This document shows, in pieces, positions 9,349 to 18,831 of a stretch of DNA of 25,548 nt. The DNA comes from Methanobacteriaceae archaeon (lineage in GTDB: Archaea; Methanobacteriota; Methanobacteria; Methanobacteriales; Methanobacteriaceae), in contig PWMT01000013.1 of the NCBI GenBank assembly GCA_003558085.1, positions 1-25,548 of the forward strand, written 5' to 3'. The notes under the pieces were generated by a model. The model searched no databases, had not been told where the DNA came from, and saw only the letters and a list, made by a program, of their open reading frames with translations. A program made the translations under genes and the position numbers. The first letter of the stretch is position 1. The number at the start of each line of letters is the position of its first letter.

Positions 9349-10545
9349 ATGATAAAATGCATCTCTTGTGGTAAAGAATACGGTTTAAATAAAATAATAT
9401 ACACATGCCAAGAATGTTGATCTATTCTTGATGTAATTATAGATCCTGGAGTTTCTAAAGAAATTTTCAAGTGTAGAAATCGTACCATGTGGAAATATAA
9501 AGAGTTTATGCCGGTGGATGAATCTAAAATCGTTACTCTGCAAGAAGGTGGAACCCCTTTCCTGAAATGTGATAAACTAGGTCAAGACTTGAACATAGAA
9601 TTATGGGTTAAAGTGGAAGGTTCTAATCCTACCGGTAGTTTCAAAGACAGAGGAATGAGTGTGGGTATTAGTAAAGCATTAGAGTTAGGAGTGGATACTG
9701 TAGGATGTGCTTCAACCGGTAACACTTCCGCATCCCTAGCAGCTTATGCAGCACGAGCAGGCCTAAAATGTGTGGTTATTCTACCTTCAGGTAAAGTGGC
9801 ACTAGGAAAATTAGCCCAGGCCATGTTCCATGGAGCACAGGTATTATCCATGGATGGAAATTTTGATGAAGCACTAGAAGCAGTTACTACCCTGGCCTTG
9901 GAAGGTGAACTGTATTTACTTAATTCAGTAAACCCCTTCCGTTTGGAGGGACAAAAATCTATTGGATTTGAAATTATAGATGATTTAGGATGGAATTCCC
10001 CTGATAGGATTATTTTACCAGTGGGGAATGCGGGGAATATATCTGCTATCTGGAAAGGGATCTGTGAATTTCATGAGGCAGGATTTATGCAGGATCTGCC
10101 TATGATGACTGGTATTCAAGCCCAGGGGGCTTCTCCAATTGTAAATGCTTTTAAAAAAAATAGTTTAGAAATAGAAACCGTTGAAAAACCAGAGACTGTG
10201 GCTACAGCAATTCGTATTGGAGCTCCTGTAAGTTATCTTAAAGCTCTGCGTGCCATATATGATTCTAATGGTTATGCTGAAACTGTTACTGATGAAGAAA
10301 TATTAGATGCCCAGAAAATGCTGGCTAGAACAGAGGGTATAGGTGTGGAACCTGCATCAGCTGCTTCCATTGCTGGTCTAATTAAGCTACGTGAACAAGG
10401 TATTATAGATAAGAATGAACAAATAGTTTGCATCGTAACCGGACATCTACTAAAAGATCCTGAAACTGCCATTAATGCTTGTAGTAAACCAGTGAAAATA
10501 AAAACAGATATTGATAACTTAAGAGAGATTTTAAAGCAAAAATAA
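9349..10545 (+). CDS. thrC: Threonine synthase with an in-frame TGA at codon 24 (9418-9420): nonsense allele, sequencing error or readthrough
   Basis: ATG 9349 follows SD GGTGA and gives MIKCISCGKEYGLNKIIYTCQEC*SILDVIIDPGVSKEIFKCRNRTMWKY, in frame with the 9487 ORF. PLP motif NPTGSFKDRG, ASTGNT, PVGNAGN and VEPASAA. Confidence 0.93.
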
Positions 10546-10570
10546 CCTTTTAATTTTTTATTTCTTTACT
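10546..10570 (+). terminator. T-rich archaeal terminator after thrC
   Basis: CCTTTTAATTTTTTATTTCTTT directly after the stop. Confidence 0.5.
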
Positions 10571-10710
10571 GCTGATTTAGCCTTATTTTATCTTATCTTT
10601 TTTTCCAGACTGCTTCAACATCATATCTTTACACATTACATCACCCATAAACATATGGATCATGAATTCATGAGCAATTAGTATATTTTTTAGCCAAAAA
10701 TCCCGCTAAA

Positions 10711-10730
10711 AAACGATATATTTATATAAG
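10711..10730 (+). promoter_or_regulatory. BRE/TATA promoter of the histone gene
   Basis: AAACGATATA followed by TTTATATA (10721-10728), about 45 nt before the ATG. SD GAGGTGA at 10761. Confidence 0.7.
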
Positions 10731-10773
10731 AGTTATCATACAAAGTATATTAAATAATATGAGGTGATTAATT

Positions 10774-10977
10774 ATGGAATTACCTATTGCCCCAATCGGA
10801 AGAATAATAAAAAATGCAGGTGCAGAAAGAGTTAGTGATGACGCTAGGGAAGAATTGGCAAAAGCTTTAGAAGCAAAAGGCGAAATGATAGCTACAGAAG
10901 CAGTTAAATTGGCTAAACATGCTGGTAGAAAAACTGTAAAATCTTCAGACGTAGAATTAGCAGTTAAAAGACTATAA
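10774..10977 (+). CDS. Archaeal histone (HMf/HMt family)
   Basis: [24 protein letters not shown]...[11 protein letters not shown], a classic HMfB-like sequence. Confidence 0.97.
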   Translation: MELPIAPIGRIIKNAGAERVSDDAREELAKALEAKGEMIATEAVKLAKHAGRKTVKSSDVELAVKRL

Positions 10978-10996
10978 ATAGTGTTGTTATTAATTA

Positions 10997-11029
10997 TTTT
11001 AATTTTTAAGTTTTTCCTATTTTTTTTTT
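10997..11029 (+). terminator. Oligo-T terminator of the histone gene
   Basis: TTTTAATTTTTAAGTTTTTCCTATTTTTTTTTT downstream of the stop. Confidence 0.65.
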
Positions 11030-11293
11030 ATTCATTCTCCCCTGTATATTTGCTATCTTATTAACTTGTACATAAAATTTCATAAATAATCTGTTAATTA
11101 TCTACTAAAAAATTGCCTTATACCTAGTAAATGAATTCTATGCCTAGCATTATCTTAAATTAAGGCCAGATATTATATTTATATTTAGAATGGCGTAATT
11201 TTGATCATTAAGGTCTTAGCTATAAAATAATGTGGAATGACGTTTCTATAATTTCAGTTATTTATTCTAGATTTATTTAATTGTACCGCACAT

Positions 11294-11310
11294 AGAAAAA
11301 GTTTATAAAG
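11294..11310 (+). promoter_or_regulatory. Candidate upstream BRE/TATA promoter
   Basis: AGAAAAAG followed by TTTATAAA matches the methanogen BRE+TATA consensus. Confidence 0.5.
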
Positions 11311-11447
11311 GATAAAAAACCTATCCATTATATGTCTATTTCTCCAAAATAACTGTTTTGGATTTTTTATATTGATTATGGACTGCCTTTTTAAAAGAAT
11401 ATGATAAGCATATGATTTTTTAAACCCCATAATTATGCTGTAAACTC

Positions 11448-11463
11448 AGCAACTTTTATATAG
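11448..11463 (+). promoter_or_regulatory. BRE/TATA promoter of the rpl7ae operon
   Basis: AGCAACT followed by TTTATATA (11455-11462). Predicts a TSS near 11485, where the structured leader begins. Confidence 0.6.
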
Positions 11464-11530
11464 ACCTATAAGTAAGTAAAAATTGCAAATCACTGATTTG
11501 CGTATTTGCAGCCAAAAACTGCGATTATTT

Positions 11531-11566
11531 GCCGATGGATGGTAAATACCAGATGAAAAAGGAGGT
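11531..11566 (+). promoter_or_regulatory. Kink-turn in the rpl7ae 5' UTR (L7Ae autoregulatory element)
   Basis: C-stem UGGU/ACCA (11540-43/11548-51), 3-nt bulge GAU, then G.A, A.G, A.G and A-U pairs (11555-58 with 11539-36). CC 11532-33 can pair with the GG of SD GGAGGT. Confidence 0.8.
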
Positions 11567-11573
11567 AAATAGA

Positions 11574-11945
11574 ATGGCAAAATCAATTTATATAAAATTC
11601 GAAGTACCACAAGAAATAGCTGATAAATCTGCAGAAGCTTTAGAAATTGCAAGAGACACTGGTAAAGTAGCTAAAGGAACCAATGAGGTTACAAAGGCCA
11701 TAGAAAGAGGTAATGCTAAATTAGTATTAATAGCAGAAGATGTGGATCCGCCTGAAATTGTAGCCCATATACCGGTTTTAGCTGAGGAAAAAGAAATTCC
11801 TTATTCCTACCTGCCTACTAAAGACGAAGTAGGTGGAGCAGCCGGCTTGAATGTAGGTACTGCTTCAGCATGTATAGTGGATGCTGGAGAAGCAGATGAA
11901 TTGGTCAAAGACGTTGTAGCCAAAGTCGAAGAACTGAAAGCATAA
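11574..11945 (+). CDS. rpl7ae: 50S ribosomal protein L7Ae
   Basis: [31 protein letters not shown]. Start ATG 11574 follows SD GGAGGT. Confidence 0.97.
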   Translation: MAKSIYIKFEVPQEIADKSAEALEIARDTGKVAKGTNEVTKAIERGNAKLVLIAEDVDPPEIVAHIPVLAEEKEIPYSYLPTKDEVGGAAGLNVGTASACIVDAGEADELVKDVVAKVEELKA

Positions 11946-12009
11946 TTAAAAATCAATTTTTTTTAAGGAAAGATTAAAATCTTTCCTTCAATATTATAAA
12001 GGTGATTAT

Positions 12010-12216
12010 ATGGAAGAAGGAACTCCAGCTGAAGTTATTGAGGTCCTTAAACGAACTGGAATGACTGGAGAAGTCATGCAAATTAAATGCAGGATTCTGG
12101 ATGGAAGAGATAAAGGCCGTATATTAACTAGAAACGTGATGGGACCTATTAAAGAAGGAGACGTTTTGATGTTACTAGACACTATCCGGGAAGCCAAGGA
12201 GATCCGTACTCCTTAA
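12010..12216 (+). CDS. rps28e: 30S ribosomal protein S28e
   Basis: [22 protein letters not shown]...RNV.GP...GD. Confidence 0.96.
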   Translation: MEEGTPAEVIEVLKRTGMTGEVMQIKCRILDGRDKGRILTRNVMGPIKEGDVLMLLDTIREAKEIRTP

Positions 12217-12237
12217 TCCATGGAAGAGGTGCCTAAT

Positions 12238-12396
12238 ATGAGGGAATGTACATTCTGTAAACAAGACATAGGAGAAGGTACTGGTACCATGTATGTAAAA
12301 AGAGATGGTGCGGTATACTTTTTCTGCAGCAGCAAATGCGAAAAAAATATGATTAAACTCAAAAGAATTCCAAGAAAAGTTAAATGGGTTAAATAA
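12238..12396 (+). CDS. rpl24e: 50S ribosomal protein L24e
   Basis: Manual translation MRECTFCKQDIGEGTGTMYVKRDGAVYFFCSSKCEKNMIKLKRIPRKVKWVK* (52 aa, below the track cutoff). SD GAGGTG. Confidence 0.95.
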   Translation: MRECTFCKQDIGEGTGTMYVKRDGAVYFFCSSKCEKNMIKLKRIPRKVKWVK

Positions 12397-12848
12397 TGAT
12401 GGAAAAAAGTTTTGTAATGTTAAAACCCGACACAGTACAAAGAAGACTGATGGGAAAAGTTATTTCTCGCTTTGAAGAAAAAGGGTTACAGATCGTGGCC
12501 GCTAAAATGCTGCATATAAGCCCGGAACTGGCTCAGGAACACTACCAAGAACACTCTGCCAAGCCCTTCTTTAGCAACCTGGTAGATTACATTACCTCTT
12601 CCGCGGTTATGGCTATGGTTATTAAAGGTGATGACTGTATTAGCATCATAAGAAAAATGGTAGGCGCCACCAACCCTAAAGAAGCAGATTTAGGCACTGT
12701 TAGGGGAGATTATGCTCTAGATACAGGTAGAAATATAATACATGCTTCAGATTCACCACAATCGGCTCAAAGGGAAATATACTTATTCTTCCAGGATGAT
12801 GAAATTTGTGATTATAGCATGCCTGATGAAGACCTGATATACGAATAA
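12396..12848 (+). CDS. ndk: Nucleoside diphosphate kinase
   Basis: MLKPD, GATNP, GTVRGDY and catalytic NIIHASDS. Confidence 0.96.
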   Translation: MMEKSFVMLKPDTVQRRLMGKVISRFEEKGLQIVAAKMLHISPELAQEHYQEHSAKPFFSNLVDYITSSAVMAMVIKGDDCISIIRKMVGATNPKEADLGTVRGDYALDTGRNIIHASDSPQSAQREIYLFFQDDEICDYSMPDEDLIYE

Positions 12849-12926
12849 CTTAAGCTGCAATACTTTAAAGATCACTCCCATTCTTTCTTCTAAGATTTCT
12901 ATAAAAAAATTTTGATGGGTGACCAT

Positions 12927-14711
12927 ATGAAGATCAGATCGCCTATAGTATCGGTGCTGGGTCATGTAGACCATGGTAAAACTACCTTACTGGATTTTAT
13001 TAGAGGTAGTGCGGTAGCCTCCAAAGAAGCTGGAGGTATAACTCAGCACATTGGAGCTACTGAGATTCCTATGCAAGTCATAGCAAAAATTTGTGGTGAT
13101 TTTTTAAAGAAATTCACCATCCAAGACACCTTACCTGGACTTTTTTTTATAGACACTCCTGGACACCAGGCCTTCACCACTCTTAGAAAAAGAGGTGGCG
13201 CCCTAGCTGATCTGGCCATATTAATAATGGACATTAATGAAGGATTTAAGCCGCAAACCTACGAGGCTTTGAATATTCTTAAAATGTACAAAACTCCTTT
13301 TATTGTTGCAGCTAATAAAATAGACCGAATATATGGCTGGAATGTTAATGAAAGAACTCCTTTTATGGAATCTTATGCTAAACAGTATTCTTCTGTCCAG
13401 CAAACTTTGGACAATGAAATCTATGAATTAGTAGGGATTCTTCATAAAGAAGGATTTGAATCAGAACGTTTTGATCGTGTTACTGATTTTGCCTCCCAAA
13501 TAGCCATTATACCGATAAGTGCTCAATCTGGAGAGGGTATTGCTGAATTTTTAACCATGCTCATGGGATTGGCTCAACAATACTTACAAGAGCAGTTGAA
13601 GATTGAAACCGATGCTCCAGCCAAAGGAACTATACTGGAAGTAAAAGAAGAAATCGGTCTGGGTCTTACTTTTGATGCTATTATCTATGATGGAATTATT
13701 AAAAAGAATGATCAGGTTGCTTTGATGACCTCAGACGATGTCATCAGTACCAAAATAAGGAGCCTTCTAAAACCCAGACCTTTAGAAGAAATCAGAGAAT
13801 CTAAAAAAAGGTTTAAGAAAGTAGATGAAGTAGTAGCAGCAGCTGGTATTAAAATCGTTGCTCCTCATATTGAAAATGTGGTTTCTGGTTCTCCTTTAAG
13901 AGTGGGAAGAGAGGATCTACAGAGTATAAAAGAAGAAATGTTAAAGGAAATCGAAGATATAAAAATTGATACTGAAGATTCTGGAGTGTTAGTCAAAGCA
14001 GATACTCTAGGTTCACTGGAAGCAATGGTTAATCTGCTGCAAGAGATGAATATTCCTATAAGAATTGCAGATATTGGAGACGTTTCCCGTAGAGATGTTA
14101 TCGATGCTAAAATAGTTCAGCAAGAAAATCCACAGTACGGTGTAATCCTTGCCTTTAATGTAAAAATACTTCCCAGTGCAATGCAAGAACTTAAAGATTC
14201 TAAGATAAAAGTATTCTCGGGGAATGTAATATACCAGCTTACTGAAAATTACGAGGAATGGATTAAAGAGTTGGAAAATAAAAAGAAAAAACAATGGATG
14301 CAAGCTATTGTTAAACCAGCTAAAATCAGAGTAATTCCTAAACTGATCTTCCGTCAAAGTAAACCAGCTATCGTAGGTATTGAAGTTCTAAGTGGAACCG
14401 TGAAAAAGGGTTACAGTTTGCTACGAGAAGATGGTAGTAAGGTGGGTGTAGTGGAAAGTATGCAGGATAAAGGCGAAAATAAGCCATCTATTAGTCGTGG
14501 GCAAAAGGTGGCCATGGCTATTAAAGATGCGATCTATAGTAAACACTTTGAAGAAGGCGAAATTTTATACGTGGACATCCCTGAAAAACATTACCTTATA
14601 CTAGAGAAGGAACTTAAAGAAAAATTAACTGAAGATGAATTCGAAACTTTGAATGAAACTCTAGATATTAAAAGAAAGAATGAACCGGATTGGGGAATGC
14701 AGACAATATAG
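12927..14711 (+). CDS. infB: Translation initiation factor aIF5B (archaeal IF2)
   Basis: [21 protein letters not shown] and NKID motifs. ATG 12927 follows SD GGTGA. Confidence 0.96.
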   Translation: MKIRSPIVSVLGHVDHGKTTLLDFIRGSAVASKEAGGITQHIGATEIPMQVIAKICGDFLKKFTIQDTLPGLFFIDTPGHQAFTTLRKRGGALADLAILIMDINEGFKPQTYEALNILKMYKTPFIVAANKIDRIYGWNVNERTPFMESYAKQYSSVQQTLDNEIYELVGILHKEGFESERFDRVTDFASQIAIIPISAQSGEGIAEFLTMLMGLAQQYLQEQLKIETDAPAKGTILEVKEEIGLGLTFDAIIYDGIIKKNDQVALMTSDDVISTKIRSLLKPRPLEEIRESKKRFKKVDEVVAAAGIKIVAPHIENVVSGSPLRVGREDLQSIKEEMLKEIEDIKIDTEDSGVLVKADTLGSLEAMVNLLQEMNIPIRIADIGDVSRRDVIDAKIVQQENPQYGVILAFNVKILPSAMQELKDSKIKVFSGNVIYQLTENYEEWIKELENKKKKQWMQAIVKPAKIRVIPKLIFRQSKPAIVGIEVLSGTVKKGYSLLREDGSKVGVVESMQDKGENKPSISRGQKVAMAIKDAIYSKHFEEGEILYVDIPEKHYLILEKELKEKLTEDEFETLNETLDIKRKNEPDWGMQTI

Positions 14712-14760
14712 TGAATAAAGATAAATATATTTATCAATAATTTAATAAGGAGGAGATAAT

Positions 14761-15141
14761 TTGGCATTTAAAGTGGTCATTTCAGAAAAAGAGAAAAGTT
14801 TACAGATGGAATTAGACGCTGCTAAATCCAAAAAATTAGTGGGTCTAAGCATCGGAGAAGAATTTGATGGATCTTTAATCGGTTTAAAAGGATATAAACT
14901 AAAAATAACTGGAGGAAGTGATAAAAACGGCTTCCCCATGAGGAAGGATATAACTGGGCCTCGAAGAATTAAAAGTTTATTATCTGGGGGAGTGGGATAT
15001 AAACCACTACGTAAAGGAGTTAGGAGAAGAAAAACCATTAGGGGTAATACCGTATCTGATGATATAGTGCAGATCAATACCATGGTAACCCAGGCTGGTG
15101 CTAAATCACTAGAAGAGATAACTACTCCTAGTGAAGAGTAG
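14761..15141 (+). CDS. rps6e: 30S ribosomal protein S6e
   Basis: LKITGGSDKNGFPMR and G.RRRKTIRGN. TTG start after AGGAGG. Confidence 0.96.
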   Translation: MAFKVVISEKEKSLQMELDAAKSKKLVGLSIGEEFDGSLIGLKGYKLKITGGSDKNGFPMRKDITGPRRIKSLLSGGVGYKPLRKGVRRRKTIRGNTVSDDIVQINTMVTQAGAKSLEEITTPSEE

Positions 15142-15231
15142 AGTATTATTTAACACCTTTTCCAATAATCATTATAAATTAAAATAACTTTAAAAACATA
15201 TATTAATTATAAAAAAATTTAGGTGTAATCT

Positions 15232-16455
15232 GTGAAAATACAGTCAGAAATTAACATTGGGCTTGTGGGTCATGTAGACCATGGTAAAACTACACTTACC
15301 AAGGCATTGTCCGGTATTTGGACTGATACCCATAGCGAAGAAACAAAAAGGGGTATTTCTATCCGCTTAGGTTATGCGGATATAACCTTTCGTAAATGTG
15401 TACAGTGCCCAGAACCCTTATGCTATACCACGGCATTGGTTTGTGAGCACTGTGGAGAGGATACAGAAATACTAAGAAAAGTATCCTTTGTAGATGCTCC
15501 TGGACATGAAACCCTTATGGCTACTATGCTTTCCGGAGCTGCCATAATGGATGGAGCGGTTCTAGTAATTGCAGCTAATGAAAAATGCCCTCAACCTCAA
15601 ACTAAAGAACACCTCATGGCTCTGGATGTTATAGGAGTTACAGATGTAATCGTGGTTCAAAACAAAATAGATATCGTATCTAAAGAAAGAGCCCTGGAAA
15701 GTTATCAGGAAATCGAAGAATTTGTTAAGGGTACCTGCGCAGAAAAAGCACCTATAATACCTGTATCTGCCCAACAAGGAGCTAATATTGATATACTCAT
15801 CGATTTAATTCATAAAAAATTCCAAATCCCGGATCGTAAAATTAATAAATCTGCATTAATGTATGTAGCCCGTTCCTTTGATATCAATAAACCCGGATCT
15901 GTCCCTGAAGATATAGTAGGCGGTGTAATTGGTGGTACCCTAGTACAGGGCACCTTAAAAGTAGGAGATGAAATAGAAATTAAACCTGGTGTTGAAATTA
16001 AAAAAGAAGGTCGTAACCAATGGATTAGTCTACATTCCCAAATCACTGGCTTAATTGCTGGAGGGGAAAAGGTGGAGGAAGTAGGTCCCGGTGGATTGGT
16101 AGGTGTGGGAACCAATCTTGATCCTGCCTTAACCAAGGCAGATTCCCTTTCAGGATCGGTGGCAGGAGAACCTGAAACCCTACCCCCAGTCAAACATCAA
16201 CTTGATATGGAAGTCCATCTACTGGATAGGGTTGTAGGTACTAAAAAAGAAAGAAAAGTTGAACCTATAAAAGCCAAAGAACCCCTCATGATTAATGCCG
16301 GGACTACCACTACGATTGGAGTAGTGACCACAGCTGGAAATCAGGCCAGCGTAACGCTTAAACTACCAGTATGTGCTGAAAGTGGTCAAAGGGTGGCTCT
16401 ATCTAGAAGGGTTGGTGCCCGATGGAGGTTAATAGGGTATGGTATCATCAAATAA
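15232..16455 (+). CDS. eif2g: Translation initiation factor 2 gamma subunit
   Basis: [27 protein letters not shown], Zn knuckle, [17 protein letters not shown] and WRLIGYG. Confidence 0.97.
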   Translation: MKIQSEINIGLVGHVDHGKTTLTKALSGIWTDTHSEETKRGISIRLGYADITFRKCVQCPEPLCYTTALVCEHCGEDTEILRKVSFVDAPGHETLMATMLSGAAIMDGAVLVIAANEKCPQPQTKEHLMALDVIGVTDVIVVQNKIDIVSKERALESYQEIEEFVKGTCAEKAPIIPVSAQQGANIDILIDLIHKKFQIPDRKINKSALMYVARSFDINKPGSVPEDIVGGVIGGTLVQGTLKVGDEIEIKPGVEIKKEGRNQWISLHSQITGLIAGGEKVEEVGPGGLVGVGTNLDPALTKADSLSGSVAGEPETLPPVKHQLDMEVHLLDRVVGTKKERKVEPIKAKEPLMINAGTTTTIGVVTTAGNQASVTLKLPVCAESGQRVALSRRVGARWRLIGYGIIK

Positions 16456-16851
16456 AATCCCTAAAGAGGCGGTTTTAGATACAAATTTTTGATGATTCCT
16501 TTCCAGTTTAAGGTGGATATTATCCAAGTATTGGAAAAATTACTACCTTCCTATCAATTAAAGGTGCCTACTTTTGTTATTGAAGAACTGGAAGGGATTA
16601 AAAAAGCATCAGGAGGTAAAGATAAACTAGCAGCATCAGTTGCTCTTAAAATAGCATCTTCCCCTCCCCTTAAAATCAGCAAATATTCACTCAAGCCCCA
16701 TGAAAAAGTAGACCAGGCCCTACTTAGAATAGCTAATGTTTTATGCACTAACGATCGTGAATTAAAAAATAAGGCGCGGGATAAAGGCATAACCGTGGTT
16801 TATTTACGTCAAAAGAAATATTTAGCAGTAGATGGCTATATCCATCATTAA
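16439..16851 (+). CDS. PIN-domain ribonuclease (Fcf1/Utp24-like) split by a -1 frameshift at ~16489
   Basis: ATG 16439 (SD GGAGGT 16424-29) gives [17 protein letters not shown] then TGA 16490. The -1 frame continues LMIPFQF...EELE...VD..LL...LCTNDREL. Joining the two restores the PIN motif VLDTNFLMIP. Confidence 0.85.
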
Positions 16852-16966
16852 TTAAAAATAAATTTCAAAAATAGTTAATCAATAAGGTTATCCTAAATAA
16901 GTTTAAACTTATTAAAAATTAATTTCATATAAATAATATATTTCAATTTTTTAAGGAGTGAGTGTG

Positions 16967-17491
16967 ATGAATCTCTGGAAGGATATAGTCCCTGGACCTT
17001 CAGTACCAGAAGTAGTATATGCTGTTATAGAAATACCGAAAGGATCAAGAAACAAGTACGAGTATGATAAAGATTTGGAAGCCTTTGCACTGGATAGAGT
17101 ATTGTATTCACCATTTATCTACTGTGCTGAATATGGAATCATTCCTCAAACCCTGTATGATGATGGAGATCCTATGGATATAATGGTACTGATGGAACAA
17201 CCTACTTTTCCAGGATGTGTTATAGAAAGCAGACCCATTGGAATCATGCGCATGATTGACGGTGGAGATCAAGACGATAAAATACTGGCAGTACCCTTAC
17301 AGGACCCCCACTACAAGGATGTTAATGATATCCATGATGTTCCCTCTCACTTACTTAAAGAAATAGAACACTTCTTTAAGGAATATAAAACTTTAGAAAA
17401 TAAAAAAACTGAGGTTCTAGGCTGGGACAATGTTGAAAAAGCATTGGAAGCAGTAGAACATTCCATAAAATTGTACAAAAATAATGAATAA
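16967..17491 (+). CDS. ppa: Family I inorganic pyrophosphatase
   Basis: [39 protein letters not shown] and FFKEYK. ATG 16967 follows AGGAGTG. Confidence 0.96.
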   Translation: MNLWKDIVPGPSVPEVVYAVIEIPKGSRNKYEYDKDLEAFALDRVLYSPFIYCAEYGIIPQTLYDDGDPMDIMVLMEQPTFPGCVIESRPIGIMRMIDGGDQDDKILAVPLQDPHYKDVNDIHDVPSHLLKEIEHFFKEYKTLENKKTEVLGWDNVEKALEAVEHSIKLYKNNE

Positions 17492-17591
17492 ATATTTACT
17501 AATTTAGATTTAAAAAAAAAACAGTTTATTCCCAGTATGGGTTGATTATTAGAATTGTAGTTATTAAAAAAATATTAATTGAGGGATTTAT

Positions 17592-18149
17592 TTGTATTAC
17601 CTATCTAAAATTGAAGATACAGTGCGGATTCCACCCCATCGTTTTGATGAACCCCTGGAAAAAGTAGCTATCGAAACCTTAAATGAATCTTATGTAGGAA
17701 AAATAGATAAGAAACTAGGTTTAATGGTAACTGTAAAAGACTTAGAGGAAATAGGGGTGGGTAAAGTTATCATGGGAGATGGAGCCGCCTACCATGACCT
17801 AGTATTCAATGCTATTTTTTTCAAACCAGAGCTCCAGGAAATTATCGAAGGAGAAGTCATTGAAATAGCCGAGTTTGGAGCTTTCGTTAGAATGGGACCT
17901 ATGGATGGTTTAGTTCACGTATCTCAGGTTACTGACGATTATATTAATTACGATGCAAAAAGAGGAGCTTTACTTGGTAAAGAAACTAAAAAGAGTCTTG
18001 AAGAAGGTGACAAAGTAAGAGCCAGAATAGTGGCCCTTAGTTTGAAGGGTAAATCTTCCAAAGAAACTAAAATAGGTCTTACCATGAGACAACCTGGCCT
18101 GGGTAAAGCCGAATGGATTGAAAATGAGAAAAGGAAGAAGAAAAAATGA
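17592..18149 (+). CDS. rpoE1: DNA-directed RNA polymerase subunit E' (Rpo7)
   Basis: DTVRIPP, GDGAAYH, S1 domain [19 protein letters not shown] and [12 protein letters not shown]. Confidence 0.96.
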   Translation: MYYLSKIEDTVRIPPHRFDEPLEKVAIETLNESYVGKIDKKLGLMVTVKDLEEIGVGKVIMGDGAAYHDLVFNAIFFKPELQEIIEGEVIEIAEFGAFVRMGPMDGLVHVSQVTDDYINYDAKRGALLGKETKKSLEEGDKVRARIVALSLKGKSSKETKIGLTMRQPGLGKAEWIENEKRKKKK

Positions 18150-18328
18150 CTGTAAAAGCCTGTACTAAATGTCATCGTATAACCAATCAAGAAAGATGCC
18201 CCATTTGTGACCTACCATCATCAACCAACTGGAGCGGACTTTTAATAATCATTGATCCGGAGAAGTCAGATATCGCTACTGAATTAGGTATCACTCTACC
18301 AGGAGAATATGCATTGAGGGTTAGATAG
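18146..18328 (+). CDS. spt4: Transcription elongation factor Spt4 (RpoE'')
   Basis: KAC..CH.I....CP.C, W.GL.IIIDP..S.IA..LGI..PG.YALRVR. Confidence 0.95.
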   Translation: MTVKACTKCHRITNQERCPICDLPSSTNWSGLLIIIDPEKSDIATELGITLPGEYALRVR

Positions 18329-18828
18329 TGTTAAAACTCCCCCCAGAAATGAGATCAGAACTGAAAAAACCATTAGGTGATCTCTATTCTTCACTCAACC
18401 AGGCATTGTCTAGATTATCCCCAGAGGATTTTATAATTTCGGTGGGTGATGTGACCACAAAAAATCTCGTGGATCATGGAATTTATCCTCGATTAGCAAT
18501 AATAGATCATCGCATACAAAGAAAAAAATCTAATCAAAAAATAACTTATCCTGCCAAGATTTTAAAGGCTGAAAACCCCCCTGGAACCATAACTAGAGAT
18601 TTATGGGAAACTATAGAAGATGCACTACAATTGATCTCCAAGAGTTCTGAAAACTTTCTAATCATAGTAAATGGTGAAGAAGACCTGGCTGTTTTACCCT
18701 GCATTCTTTTATCTCCTGACGATTCGGTAATTTTATATGGTCAGCCCCATGAAGGTTTGGTAATGTTGAAAAGTGGGGATGTAAAAAATAAAGCTGAAAA
18801 TTTAATCAAAAAATTTGAGGAGGAATAA
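18328..18828 (+). CDS. GTP-dependent dephospho-CoA kinase (DUF359)
   Basis: LK.PLG, VGDVTT, NPPGTI, V.GEEDL and YGQP.EG; conserved position after spt4. Confidence 0.88.
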   Translation: MLKLPPEMRSELKKPLGDLYSSLNQALSRLSPEDFIISVGDVTTKNLVDHGIYPRLAIIDHRIQRKKSNQKITYPAKILKAENPPGTITRDLWETIEDALQLISKSSENFLIIVNGEEDLAVLPCILLSPDDSVILYGQPHEGLVMLKSGDVKNKAENLIKKFEEE

Positions 18829-18831
18829 TTT

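Noticed and set aside
9418..9420. Selenocysteine, or genome-wide TGA reassignment, as the explanation for the thrC TGA
   Set aside because: The position corresponds to the Gly after CxxC, not a Cys, and I saw no SECIS-like hairpin after the gene. TGA is a normal stop in trpS, rpoE1, rps27ae and the acyltransferase.
9288..9488. 66-aa minus-strand ORF
   Set aside because: It is the antisense shadow of the real thrC N-terminus and has no recognisable motif.
11529..11573. 15-aa N-terminal extension of L7Ae in the ORF track
   Set aside because: This stretch is the k-turn and SD; the conserved protein starts at ATG 11574.
11446..11652. 68-aa minus-strand ORF
   Set aside because: Antisense to the rpl7ae promoter, leader and CDS, with no family features.
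12927..14711. Intein in aIF5B
   Set aside because: The length (~594 aa) and continuous G-domain motifs leave no room for an insertion.
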